Below, piece after piece: positions 13,295 to 26,809 of a stretch of DNA of 64,000 nt. The stretch spans positions 11,904,001-11,968,000 of the forward strand of contig CM075989.1 in assembly GCA_038087875.1 (NCBI GenBank), given 5' to 3'. Source of the DNA: Malacoraja senta (Eukaryota). The stretch's first letter is position 1. Each line of letters starts with the position of its first letter. Under the pieces are notes generated by a model that saw only the letters and a program-made list of their open reading frames with translations, had not been told where the DNA came from and ran no database searches. Both the position numbers and the translations under genes were made by a program.

Positions 13295-13580
13295 AGAGAT
13301 ACAGTAAAGAAACAGGCCCTTCGGCCAACCAAATCCACAGCGACCATCAGTCACCCGTTCACACTATTGCTATGTTATCCCATTTTCTCATCCATTCCCT
13401 ACACACAAGGGGCAATTTTACAGAGGCCGATATGGAGGTCAATTAACCGACATACCTGAGGAAACATATGCGGTCACAGGGAGATTTTGCAAACTCCACA
13501 CAGACAGCACCCGAGGTCATAATCAAAGCCGGGTCTCTGGCACTGTGAGGCAGCAGCTTTACTAGCTAAGCCACTGTGTC
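13295..13580 (-). mobile_element. tRNA-derived V-SINE (HE1-like)
   Basis: Minus strand cacagtggcttagctagtaaagctgctgcctcacagtgccagagacccgg...gtctgtgtggagtttgca, with a CR1-like 3' part. Confidence 0.75.
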
Positions 13581-13850
13581 ATGTTCCTATCTAAAAGCCT
13601 CTTTAACGCTACTATCATATTTGCTTGAGGTGATTATAGAGAGAGGGAGGGGTGAAACCGTGGAGGGATTTGAAAATGAGGGTTTTGCAGAAAGAGGAGC
13701 TGATTAAGGTCAGCGAGCAAACAGGTGATGGGCGAATGAGAACGTGTGAGAGTTGGATGCAAATGTTGACAGGAGTGGCAGGGTGGTGGGGGTGGGTTCA
13801 GGGAGGCGGGCGGCTGACCCAGTGAGCTTGAACGCTGATCCATCACCTAC

Positions 13851-13957
13851 CTTGCATGGCTGATTGCTGTCACCCAGTCATCACAATCCTTCATGTCCTC
13901 TGTCCTCAGCTCCAGGGCTTTCTGAGCATCATGGCCAAAGTTTATTGTGAAATAATA
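13851..13957 (-). CDS. RASGRF1: RASGRF1 exon 2 (PH1 C-terminal half)
   Basis: Not in the ORF track in this frame; read manually: ttcctgcag|TAT TAT TTC... YYFTINFGHDAQKALELRTEDMKDCDDWVTAISHA(S), donor AG|GTAGGT. 107 nt. Confidence 0.95.
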
Positions 13958-14679
13958 CTGCAGGAAGCAAAGGATAAAACATCTCAATCATCTCAGAGCA
14001 AACACTCAGATAGAATGTACTCAAGGATGTTTCATCACATTACTGACCACGGCCAATCACCCCAATGCTTTCGTCATTATCACCAAATCCCATCCTCCCA
14101 TTGCCAATTGAAAAGCCAGCAGGCCCTTCATCCTGTGACCAAGGAATCCTGACTCCTCCATATATCCCCTCCTCCCTGATTTCTTCACCGGATTTTTTAT
14201 AATTAATAAATGACCATACAATACTCAGCACCATAAAATAACACACAAGTACTCAGTTTTGTTATTTCCCCTGCATTTTTTGATATTATAGGGATTAAAA
14301 ATTAGCAACATCTGAATGTAATCATCACAGTAACAATCAAAGAAGAGAAAACCAAGTCCACGGCAAATCATAAGAAGCACTCAAAGGGGTTAAGTTTCAT
14401 TATAAATGATCATCGAAAGCCAGGAAGCTTTGAGGGTGCCCTGCACTGTCTGAGGGGCAATTCTGAGTATGCCCCACACTGTCGGTGAGACCTGACTGAG
14501 GGTGAAGTGCACTGTCAGAGGGACAGTGATGAGGGTGCACCTCACTGTCCGAGGGCCTGGGCTGAGGGGTACTGCTTTGCTGGAGGAGCTGAGCAGAAGG
14601 AGTTCCGAAGTGTGGAGAGAAAATATTGAAGGATCACCACTCGATTGAGGGAATGCATCACTCTAGAATGCGCAGTACT

Positions 14680-14776
14680 TGGATCTTCACTTCATAGATG
14701 CTGCCTCACCCGCTGAGGTTCTCCAGCATTTTTGTCCACCTTTGATTTTCCAGCATCTGCAGTTCCTTCTTAAACA
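14680..14776 (+). mobile_element. Solo 3' terminus of Penelope-like element
   Basis: catagatgctgcctcacccgctgag...cagcatctgcagttccttcttaaac; perfect 20-bp TSD actctagaatgcgcagtact (14660-14679 / 14777-14796). Confidence 0.85.
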
Positions 14777-15779
14777 ACTCTAGAATGCGCAGTACTCTGG
14801 ATGGAGCATTAAAGCAGGACTCCATCTCTTCTCAGTTGTAAAAAATTCCATGTTACTACTTGGAAGAGCTGGTAAATTAGATTTATTGCCCAGGCCAAAA
14901 ATGATCCCTCACTCAGTTTAGGAAGAATGAGCAGATTATTTGACTATTATGCAGAAGCGCTTGCTGTGATCGAATTAGCTATTTGGTTTCCTACACTGCA
15001 ACCGTAAATACATAATTAAAAACCTGTTTTGTTGCTCTTTACTGTTTTGGAGCCTCTCAAAGGGGATGTGAAGGTTGCCTCCACTGAGAGGTAAGTATTT
15101 GAAATAGATGTAACTTTTCCAATCCAGTTATGAGATGTTGCCTGACCCACTGAGTTCCTCCAGCACTGTGTTTTGATCACAATTCTTTACCAATTGATAT
15201 TAAAATTTTAAGGGCTTTGCTCAGGGAAATGGAATATTCATGCAGGAATTGTTAAACAGCCGTTTCAATGGTTACAGGTGCCTAAATATTCACGAAACAC
15301 CAGTCTCCTCTTAACTGGTTCTCTTCCCGTCTAATGGAGTGAATGAAGTAAGGGTTCCACGTCCCAGCCCTCAGTCTTCAATAAGACGCATTCCTGTCAC
15401 AGAAGGATAAAACCTACAGAATTTTAGACATGAAACATCACACTGTAATAATCAGATACCAAGCATACACAGTACTGCAGGACCCTCCCACACAAACGTA
15501 GTATCATATAAAGCCAAATAGAGAGAGAGAGAGAGAAAGAGAGTTGGCACTGTATGAATTTAACCATTCAATGCAAAGGAAGATTAGTGCTGTACTGATT
15601 AACTGAACAAACACCATTCGGTAAATAGCCTTAATTGGAAAAAGCTAGATTAAGATATGTATGAGAAAGCATGATGCACGATGTTTGCACTGGGGATTGA
15701 ACTGTATTAGTTATTAGAAAATCCTTTTTGTAGACAATGGCCTAATTGATGGGGATAATAGTGGGAATTTTACTTGGTA

Positions 15780-16370
15780 CATGTAGGAGGATGGAAAGAA
15801 GAGTTAATCTAAAATCAGACATTAGCCTTTTTTTGCTAGCGATTTAGAAATTAAAAATAGAAACATATTCTTACAATTGTACAAGATATTGGTGAGGCTG
15901 CACTGATAATCCTGTGGAGAGTTTTGATCCCCTTATGCAAAGAAAGAATATTCCAGCATTGGAGGTGGTCTAGAAGAGATTCACATCAGAGAGTTTTCTA
16001 ATCACAAAATTATTCCTTGGAAATTAGAAGAATGAGAGGTAATTTCATTGGAACATTTAAGATCCTAAGGGGTAGATGCCAGATGGAAAGTCTTGATGAA
16101 GGAATTAAAGCTGTACGATATATGTCTGAGATGTGCTGGGATTTTTGTCTCAGAGAGTGGCGAATGTCTGGAATTCTCAAGTAGAGAGTCACAGACCTTA
16201 GAGTTTTGAAGGTATTTAAAGTTAGACAGTTTTTTTAAGGATCAAGGAATTGAAGGCTATGGGGCACTGGCACTAAAAAGGTGTTGAAACCAGGGCAGAT
16301 CAGCCATGATCATATTAGGTAGAGGGGCAGGCTTGAAAGACCTGGTGGCCTACCAGCTACTATTTATCAT
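15780..16370 (+). mobile_element. Old CR1 LINE 3' fragment
   Basis: tagaagaatgagaggtaatttcattggaacatttaagatc..., agatcagccatgatcatatt 3'UTR; approximate. Confidence 0.7.
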
Positions 16371-17004
16371 TGGTTTTAACGCATTGCTAACGCAAATATT
16401 TGATGTTACTTTAGTAAGGTAGATAGAGAATGGGAGCAGAGGTCTGTCTATACCTCCACTCTGTTGTTATCTCTTGTACCACATGTTAAATTGTCCTTTG
16501 GTAATTTCAAGGATGTCAATTGGAGAACTTGCTTCTTCCACAGGAGTTAGTGGATAGACAGTGGCACATATTGGCCTGCATAGTCATCAGCTGAACGTTT
16601 GGTGCATCACTATTGGCAATGCCACTCTCTGGTTGTTGGGCTACTAGTCAGTAACAACAATACCAGACATTTGTACAACACAAGGAAAATTCCCAAACAC
16701 TTCTGATGCGCATTATCTGACACTGACCCACATATGGAGAAATTTGGAAATGTGATGAGATATGATGTGATGAGATTGGCTTGCACCTTACAGAAGTCTA
16801 GAGGTGAAAGAATCAAGGAGGAGAAATTCAGAGCTCAGGATAACAAAGCCACAAGATAAGCAAGACCAGCATTGGCAGAATGATTAAATTCAGGAATGAA
16901 TGGGAGTCTACAATAAGAGGAGTGTGGAGATCTCAAACAATTGCAGAAGAGGTTAATAGCAGATAACTGATCTTGGGAGACATCCCTGCTTTCAGTCAGA
17001 GATT

Positions 17005-18530
17005 CATAGTCATAGAATGATATAGTGTGGAAACAAACCCTTCAGCCCAACTTCCCGCACTGGCCAACATGTCCCAGCTACACTAGTCCCACCTGCTCAC
17101 ACTTGATCCATCTCCCTCAAAACCCGTCCTATCCATGTACCTGTCTATCTGTTTCTTAAATGATGGGATCGTCCCTGCCTCAACCACCTTCTCTGGCAGT
17201 TTGTTCCATACATCCGCCACCCTTTGTGTGAAAAGGTTACACCTCAGATTCCTATTAAATCTTTTTCCCTTCACCTTAAACCAATGTCTTCTGTTTCTCG
17301 AGTCACCTACTCTGGGCACGAGACTGTGCATCTACCCGATCTATTCCTCTCGATCTTATACACCTCTATAAGATCACCCCTCCTCCTCCTGCGCTCCAAG
17401 GAATAGAGTCAAAGGCCTACTCAACCTCTGTCTATAGCTCAGACCCTCATCCTGGCAACGTCCTCATAAATTTTCTCTGCACCCTTTGCAGCGTGACAAC
17501 ATCTTTCCTATAACACAGTGCCCAGAACTGAACACAATACTCAATAAATGCGGCTTCCCAACTTCTATACTCAATACTCTAGCTGATGAAGGCCAATGTG
17601 CCAAAAGCCTTTGTGACCACCCAATCTACCTGCGACCACCCTCAAGGAACCATGCACCTGCATTCCTATATCCCTCTGCTCTACACACTACCCAGAGCCC
17701 TACAATTCAATGTGTAGGTTCTGCCCATGTTAGACTTCCCAAAATGCAACACCTCACATTTCTCTGCATTCAATTTTATCAACTATTCCTCAGCCCACCT
17801 GGTTAATCGATCAAGATCCTGCTGCAATTTTTCACAACTAATCTTCACTATCTGCAAAACCACCCACTTTTGTATCATCTGCAGACTTGCTAATCTTGCC
17901 ATGTATGTTTTCATCAATGATCCAAATCATTGATATAGATGACAAACAGTAACGGGCTCACCACCAAACCCTGAGGCACACCACTAGTCACAGGCTTCCA
18001 GTCTGAGATGCAACCTTCCACCATCACTCTCTGCTTCCTTCCATGAAGCTAATTTTCTTTCCATTCAACTATCTATCCTTGGATCCCATGCGATCTAACC
18101 TTCCAGAGCAGCCTATCATGAGGAATCTTGTTGAATGCTTCGCTGAAGTCCATATATACAACATCTACAGCTCTGCCCTCATCAACCTTTTTGGTCACGT
18201 CTTCAAAAAACACAATCAGATTTGTGAGACACGACTTCACACGTACAAAACCATGCTGACTATCCCTAATCTGCGCCTTGTCCGTCTAAATGCCTGTATA
18301 TCCTATCCCTCAGAATACTCTCTAGTAACTTTTCAACTACAGATGTTAAGCTCACTGGCCTTTAGTTCCCAGCATTTTCCTTGCAGCCCTTCTTGAATAG
18401 AGGCACAACATTTGCCACTCTCCAGTCTTCCGGCACCTCTCCTGTATTTAAAGATGCCTCATAAATTTCAACCAGGCTCCCGCAATTTCCTCTCTGGTTC
18501 CCACAATGTCTTCGGATATATCCGAGTCCT
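17005..18530 (-). mobile_element. CR1-clade LINE, 5'-truncated, decayed RT and 3'UTR
   Basis: Minus-strand fragments VPEDWRVANVVPLFKKG and SRNRRHWFKVKGKRFNRNLRCNLFTQRVADVWNKLPEKVVEAGT are typical of CR1 ORF2; short-repeat tail near 17005-17025. Confidence 0.9.
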
Positions 18531-19544
18531 CTAAAAGGAGTAATTCTTACCAAGTTTGATGTTTCCAAATGCTAATTCTAAGAAATAGCACAGCTTGAAA
18601 GAGCTTTAGTTCACATTTAACCTGCCATCTTTTCTTTTCACCATTGTATATATCCATAAGTGTATTTAAGCTTTAGAGAAAGCCCCATCAATACAATTCT
18701 TTCTTCAAGGAAATGGTAAAGAAGATATGGACTGGGTCATGTGAGCAAGTGTGCAGAAGACTGAAGCTGATTCTTCATTGGAGAATCCAGTCAATATTGT
18801 GTGGCTCTGATTCACACTGGAAATGAAAAGTCTGAAAGGGCTTTTTGCAGAATGCAAAAATAGCATCTTTCAGTCAGGATGAACAATGTTTAGATCACAA
18901 AACTGCACACATCATGTTCTGAAGGAATGTGAAAGGAGAAATTCATGAATGTTTAAGGGATTGCCACATTCCTGGCAGACGTCCCAGGTCATCTTTACTC
19001 ACCTGTAGTGGCCGATATCTGCGAGATACCAGTGAATTACAACTGTTACTGTGATTTAATAGCCATTTGTGGAATACTCCATACAAGAAACAGGAGCAGG
19101 AGAAGGCCATTTGACCATTCAATGCTGTTCCCCTGTTCCATAACTGACCTTCAGTCTTAACTCACCATGCTCCCATGCTATCTAAAATAAATTGAAAATG
19201 TAACATCCCTTCTCCTTCTATCCCAACTACACTCCCTAACCTTGCACCCCCAACACCATTTGTGCATTGGTACTAAGGCTTCAGAAGTGATATTAAATTG
19301 AGAACCTGTTCGGCTTTCAGGGAGATCCAAGCGTTATTGCTGAACTAATCAGCTAAGACCACGGCTGACCTCCTGCTCTGCCGTACACCCCTCCCTCAAC
19401 TTTCATTGCCAGATTTAACTAGTCTTTTTTTAGTAAAAAACTAACTACTGAAGGAACAATGGGTGAGGCAGCACCTGTCGAAGGAAATGAGAGATAACAT
19501 TTTGGGTCAGGACACTTCTTCAGACTAATAACTTCTGAGTACCG

Positions 19545-20170
19545 CCAACAGTAGGACACGTTAATGAACTGAGAGACCTTTGGGTCTAAGGCCATGAAGT
19601 TTACTTGGAAGTGGCAACACAGGTAAATAGGCTGGTGAAGAAGGCTTGCGGCATGCTTGCTTTCATAGGTCAAGGGGCATCGGATATATCGGTAGGGACA
19701 TTATGTTGCAACTTTACAGAATCCTGGAGTATTGTGTGCAGTTCTGGTCACCACACTGTACGAGGGAAGATAGTGCAGAGGAGATTTAACAGGATGTTGC
19801 CCGGATTGGAAAACTTTAGTTATGGGGACAGATTGGATAGGCTGGGCCTATTTTCCCCAAGTGAAGAAAGCTGAGGAAAATAGAGAGACTTGAGAGAGCT
19901 ATATAAATTCTAAGAGGCATAGATAGAGTAAATAGTCAAAATCATTATCCCATGGTCAAGGATTCTAAAACAAAAGGCAACAGGATTAGAGTGAGGGGAA
20001 GGAGTTTTTAGAGGGATTTGATGGGAACTTTATTTTATGCAAAGAGTGGGCTGATAGCTTTCTGACAGGGGAAGTAATGGAAATTACAACATTTCTGAAC
20101 CTTTTAGACAAGCAAAACATCGCTAGATATGGACCTAATGCTGGCAAATGGGATTAATGTAGATTAATGT
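19545..20170 (+). mobile_element. Old CR1 LINE 3' fragment
   Basis: VATQVNRLVKKACGMLAFI...VQRRFNRMLPGLENFSYGDRLDRLGLFS peptide; approximate. Confidence 0.8.
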
Positions 20171-23100
20171 GTTGTACAACGAGGAGTCTGCAACTTTACT
20201 GTCCACTTGCTGCTGGAGATTTGAAGATTTATGAACACATTGAGAGACTTTTTGTGACATCTTATCAAGACTTCTTCAATACTTCAAAATATTTATTCAA
20301 GAAATTCACTAGAAGATTTCATTTAGAGAGTTAGAGCTGTGCAATTCCTCATGGATTATTTGCTCGGGACCCAATCTAGAAATCCACTAGTTGAGAATCT
20401 CGGGATTTGCCAAAGCAATTTACAGTTCAGAAATGTAGTCACTGATGCAATGAAGCAAATTAAAATCACTTCAACTATAAGGAGGAAGGGTCCAACAGTG
20501 TTAAGTACAACATTATCAGCACGCCCCGGCCATTTTCTCTTCTCCCCTTTGCCGTTGGGCAGAACATACAAAATCTGAAACCACGTATCACTAGGTTCAA
20601 GTACAGGTTCCCCCCTGCTGTTATCAGACTCTTAAACTGACCTCTCATATGCTAAGGATAAATTATTGATCTCCCAATCTACCTGGTTGCAGCCCTTGCA
20701 CTTTTTTATCTGCACTTTCTCTGCACCTGGAACACTATATTCTGCATTCAGTTTTTTCTCTCTTTGATGTATTTATGAGTGGTATTTGCCTGGAGGGCAA
20801 GTAAACAGTTTTTTGCTGTTTCTTGGTACTTATGATAATACTATTCCAATTCTATTAAATAAGTTTACAATATTTACAGCATGTTAATATTTTTCAGTCC
20901 CAGCCATTCCGTCAGTGTGCTGTGGTGCGAGAACCCGATACTGAAGATTCCCCCCACCCGCTCCCGAGTCTTTGATAGACTTGAATGCATCCCTCAGCTT
21001 ATACTCCTGCACCTAGGAATGACCAACATGTTTCAAGTGGATATAAGTGCATCACTAATCAAGATGATGATCTTTCAGCAGCAGTCAATGTTTGTCTTGG
21101 TATGTTTTCTATAATTGTCTGTGGATTTAGGATGAGATTCGCCATGTAACCTATGGTATCATTATGATCATAGCAAACATATTTAAATCAAAGTTGAGAA
21201 ATTTATGCAAGCAATTTTTGTAACATTTTGCGCTAAGCACCGCATCACTTCAGCAATTGACACAATGCACTTATTGACTTGTTTACTGAGTCTGGAGACA
21301 GAGTTTAAAATTATCCAGCGTGTGGTTGATGACATCACCCAACAACAAGCAGCGCTGTCATGTACCCCGGGAGTTATCAGATCTTACAACCACAATTGAG
21401 TGTAAGATTCAAAGAGGGCACTGCCTCTGTACAGACACAGCTTGGTACCTGTAATGCCCACGCAAACCGAGGGTTCATCATCTCCCGTGATGTGAGACTC
21501 AGAGCCCGTACTGAGGGAGCTTTAGATCTTTAACACTCTTTGCAAATTCGGCAGACATCATTTTTCTAGTCTCTTTACCATAGGGACTGTTATAGACTTG
21601 TTGACAGAGACTAATTAACAACTCTATCATCATTGTATCACATGGATGAGAGAAGGTGAACTAATTGGAACCCCATATTTGATATATATGAACAGCAATT
21701 TCACTATTGTTATTGCACGCCCATTGAGTTTCTTGAGCGGGGAAGGAGTGAGGGATGTTATGTAAAAGTACAACAGTAAGCCACCAACAAACCATAGGAC
21801 CTGGTTAATAGTTAGTTCTCTTACTAAAATTTGTAAACTAGCAATTGTGATGCTGCAGTGTAAGTCATTCTGCTTGAAGCAACAAAGGGCATTTGGAGCA
21901 AAGCATTGTTAAAAATGTATTGCCTTAGTTCATTTGGAGTCAGAAAGATGTCGTTTCAGGTCCCTTCCCTGTCCTAACCAGTACTTATCCCTCTACTAAC
22001 ATCACTCGCATCACATAATCTGGTCATAAACACAGTGCTGTTTATGAAGGCTTGATATACACAAATAAAATGTTGTGTTTCCTACATTACCACAGTGACT
22101 GCACCAGGTCACAGACAGAAAGTGTTGTGGCCTTTTCTGAGATGGTAAAGATGCTAAACGTAACTACTTCCTTCAATTACATCTGCCGTTGGAAATGTAA
22201 TCCTTAAACTATATCACTTCAGCAATAATGAGCAATATTCATCACAGCGAACCTCCTTCCTCACACTGCCATTAGTGTGCACACAAATCGGTGTCCCTCT
22301 GGTCCTTCCATTTTATATCAAGAGCAGGAATCAGATGGACATTAATAGAAAATGGATTATTCCCAATGCAACAGCTTTCTCATAAATGATCTTGCCTCAC
22401 AGATTAGGATCTAAAGCTGTTGCATTTTATCCATCAAGCTTACTGTTTTATCAGTATAATTATATTTAAGCACTTGGCTTCCTGTGAGATTGCTTGTTGG
22501 CAGCATAGGGTCTATTGCACAGGTGTGGTGTTTACCTATTAAGTTTGAATTGTGTTTCTGTGTGTGTGTGAGCGAGGGAGAGAGAAATGTGAGGGAACAT
22601 TAATTGTCTTGCGACCTGCACGTTCTCTGTTACGTTCCCTCTGTAGCCAGTGAGGGGATCCTGACGTGGACCAGCTGTAATTTAGACACATTCCTCACCA
22701 ATTGTGCTGAGCTGATGTTTGACATCAGCCTATATTCAACACTCGATAATAGTAGCCACTGTTTCATGAAAGGAGAGGAATGTGTCTACATTTCAAATAG
22801 TTCTAACAAATACTGAATTATGGGTGCTATTTACTGTCATGGAGAAAATATTAATGAGTGAGTTGATTAAAAACAATTTATTTATTTCAGTTACAAGATG
22901 TTCTAGTTAATTATAGTACTGAATATGGTTTCCCTGGTAACCAATTAAAGATTTCCTAAATGTACTTTTATGTACTGGAGTGTATTCTTCTGGCTCCTTG
23001 TAAGTGAATAATATCAGGAGAGACCATCTTTAGAAATCAGATGGTACTGGTACATTTCCACTGATGTACTCCTTTGATACTTTTCAACCAAACCTGCTGG

Positions 23101-26100
23101 ACTGAAGTCCATTGTAAGTCGTTTTCCATGCGCAGGCTATCACTAAATCTACGTGTAATCATTTTGGCATATCTAATCCTATATTTGTTCATGGTTTGTT
23201 AGGTCAGAGCAACAGATTGTTCACAATTCATTACTAATGCGACGGGAAGATTTTTGCATCAGTCGAGCTCTTTGGTTAGCAGTCTGTCTACTGAATTGAG
23301 GGGGGAGGGGGCGGGAGTTGTGGGAGATCACGCTCTGGAACTAGGCAACCTAATCTAATGCAGATAGTACCAGCGAGGTGCTGTCTTTCAGCTGAGATGA
23401 TCGGAGAACCTCTTTCACTGTGAAGGTGGACATTTTTTTTAAAAGTAGGGAGTTCCCCCTGGTGTCTGGTCAATATTTATTTCTATTTCATCATTTGGAT
23501 TATTGGGACATGATAGCTGTGTCAACTTACTGTGTACAGTCCGGTTACTGTGTGTCAACAGAACTACAATGACCATATTTCAGGAGGACTTAATGCCAGG
23601 AATACTTAGGGTATCCTGAGGAGGCGACAGAATCCCTGCTCTATTGTCACCGAGCATGCAATCCATCAGTTGCTGATTCCCCTCCCCCTGACCCTGCACA
23701 GTCATTCCACTTGCATGTGGCTCCATTGCACTGGATGTCTTCCCATGGAATTTGTAGTGCAGCGTGCAATGCCAATGCTGCACAGCATACTGCTCCCACC
23801 TCACACCACCATCCCACCCCATCAGTAGGTCTTCTCGTTCTTTCTATTAAACTTCTGCCTTAACACATTTCTGCTACTTGCTTCAACCACTTTCTTTGTG
23901 AGTGAGTTGCACTTGCAAGGTGGAAGCATGACACCACTTTCTGACCAAATATATTTCTCCTGAATTTTCCATTGGACTTATTAATGACTAATTTATTGGG
24001 AGCTTTATGGAAACTCTAATACAGCTGCCTAAAAGCTGGATCTCTAGCCCTGCAGTATTATGTGTGCATTCTATTCCACTTCAGAAATCTGGGCTCATGG
24101 AAGTGAGGAGAACCACAGTATTTTGAGCAGATGCTAGTCATAACATCGCACATTTACTGGCATTGATGCATGGTATGGGGGGGGGGGGGGGGGGGGCTTG
24201 ATACTGGGGACATCACAGTTCCCAGTGTTGGGGTCAGAGATCGCACAAATTGACTGCAGCCATTTATTGAAAGCAAGGTTACAGTGATTCTTCTCTATGA
24301 TGCTGGAAATACACAGTGGGTCAGAAACCGAGTTAATGTTTTAGGTCAAAGACCGTTCAGCACCTTTCATTGCAGACCTTAAATGTTAGCTTTGTTTCTC
24401 TTCCCATAGATGTGACCAGACCAGCTGAGTATTACCAGTATTTTCTGCTTTTATGTTACACACAAATCCTTTGCCCCAGCCAGGCTGTGCTGACCACCAA
24501 CAACCCAGTTACACAAATCCTACATTAATCATTTTTAATTCTGCCCACGTTCTCATCAGCTCTTCCAAATTCTACTGCTCACCTACACACGAGGGGCAAT
24601 TTACAGTGGCCAGCCATGCTGTGGGTGCAGCAAACATTCAGCTTTCTATGATGGATTCAGGACCGTTTGCATTTGGTCATTGAATATAAATTAGATCGTC
24701 ATGCAGCCCAGAGGAGAGAAACCTTTAGTTTTAATTACAAGGATCTAAAGACATGATAAGGTGTAGCATCAATCCTTTAGCTTGGATTTTATATACTTAA
24801 TGCCTAATGTTTATAACGTCGCCCTTACTCCATTTGGTCATTTTCCAGTAAATAAGATCAATCAGTGCAAAGTTAGGTGGCACCAGGTCAAGTTGGTTGA
24901 TTTTCTGTTGCCAGTATAATTGAATCTGGAGAAGCTGTGAATGGGCCTGTGTTCTAAGCTGTCAAGGGAATAGGACAGACGTATTCTGAATCCAGTCCAT
25001 GCTACCTATGATGAGGAAGCAGATGGTGTTTCCAAACATTTCATTCCACAGCAAAGGCACTGTAAACTAATCAAAATGTGTATTCATGGGCAACAGGAGG
25101 TCACTCATACCTTTGATCCTGTTCTGCCATTCTATCTAATACAGTTGAATTCCTCATTCCATTCACTTGGAATTAAACTCACTTGCTATTAAACTCGGCT
25201 CGGACAAAACTCTGAACATTAATAGCCTATTATCTGTTTATTTGCACTTTATCAGTTTATTTATTCATGTCTGTATATATTTATATAATGGTATATGGAC
25301 ACACTGATCTGTTCTGTATTCATGCCTACTATGTTCTGGTGTGCTGAAGAAAAGCAAGAATTTCATTGTCCTATCAGGGACACATGACAATAAACTCTCT
25401 TGATCTTGATCTCGCCTTTGCTCCATACTCCTTCATTCTACACAAATCGTACATTGACCTGAATCTGGAATATTTCCAGACCTTTGATAAAAGGTGTTAA
25501 AAATATATATTTTTATAGCACCTGAATATCCTGAATATGCTTCAGGATATTCCAAAAAGCTTTTGAAATGTAGTCCCTACTGTGACGTCGGAGTTGATTC
25601 TGGGAGACAATATTCTGGATACACCTACTATCGAATGGTGTGACTCTGATTGTAAAACTGTACACTTGCCATAAATGTTCATGTTTGGCAGAAGAAGCTT
25701 GCCTGGGTCTATATAAAGATTGGTAGAGAGGGCGGAGAAACAAGGGCAGCGAGATTTCCGTACTCTGTAATTACCACAGATTTGAACTGACAGTTACACA
25801 AAATGTTCAGTCTTTGTGTTTTTAAAAGCTCTATCATGCAAAGCTACTGTAATTCTTCATAAATCGGATGAAGATTTGCTGCATGAAGCAGTGAATAGTG
25901 GTGAGTGGTTGTTTCTCAGACCAAGGGAAGATGACTGTGGTGTTCCCGGGTGGTTGCAATTTGGACCACAGCATTTGCTGGTAGCTGATTGTGATCTGGC
26001 TTGGATACACAGCGCAATATTTTAATGTTTGTTGGAGGTGCAATGAAAGGAAATATAATGAATGGTAATGAAGAACGTAACAAACTTCAGGAGGTCTAAG

Positions 26101-26521
26101 GCAGACTGGAGAAATGAGCAGACTAACAGACATTGAAATTTAGCACAGACTCGTGTGAAATGATAGAAGTGCTTGCAGGAAACAGAAAGACCATACAGTG
26201 TGTCTACATACTCTTTGAAGGACAGATTTAAGGAGTCTACATAACAATGATCCATGGGTTTATTTGTAGAGGCACAGAGTACAAAAATAAGAGAACAGTA
26301 CACAACCACATTAACCGTGCTTTGACCCGAACTAGACTAATGTGCCCAACCCTGGCACTGCATTTTTGGAGGATGGGTGTTAAGACCTTGGAAGGGGGAA
26401 ATGCAGAGGCTTTACCAGTTTGGTTGAGGAGGTGACAAACCTCAGCTCAATGTAGAGACTGGAGAAGTTGGGATTATCTTCAGAGCAAAGAAGGTTTGAG
26501 AAAGATGTTTTCAATATCATG

Positions 26522-26737
26522 TTTAAGAAAGAACTGCAGATGCTGGGCAAATCGAAGGTAGACAAAAAAACTGGAGTAACTCAGTGGGTGAGGCAACATC
26601 TATGGAGCGAAGGAATAGGTGACGTTTTGGACTGAAGAAGTCTGAAGAAGGGTCTCGACCCGAAACGTCGCCTATTCCTTCGCTCCATAGATGCTGCCTC
26701 ACCCGCTGAGTTTCTCCTGCTTTTTTGTCTATCTCTG
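26522..26737. mobile_element. Penelope-terminus-derived inverted-repeat element inserted in a CR1 remnant
   Basis: Arms ...ctcagtgggtgaggcaacatctatggagcgaaggaataggtgacgttt / aaacgtcgcctattccttcgctccatagatgctgcctcacccgctgag; 12-bp TSD ttcaatatcatg (26510-26521 / 26738-26749). Confidence 0.88.
26639..26672 (+). ncRNA. Minimal type I hammerhead ribozyme motif (PLE type)
   Basis: CTGAAGA-A-GGGT(CTCG)ACCC-GAAA-CGTC: intact CUGANGA/GAAA core, 4-bp stem II, palindromic ACGT helix III, GUC triplet ending at 26669. Helix I is very short. Confidence 0.7.
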
Positions 26738-26809
26738 TTCAATATCATGAAGGGTTTGCTCAGAGAAAAAAAGGTTCCTCCTAGCAGGGGGATCAATGGA
26801 TTGGAGATT

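Noticed and set aside
24177-24196. G20 run (and C18 run at 2654-2671) as functional G-quadruplexes
   Set aside because: Simple homopolymers with unreliable length in assemblies and no supporting context.
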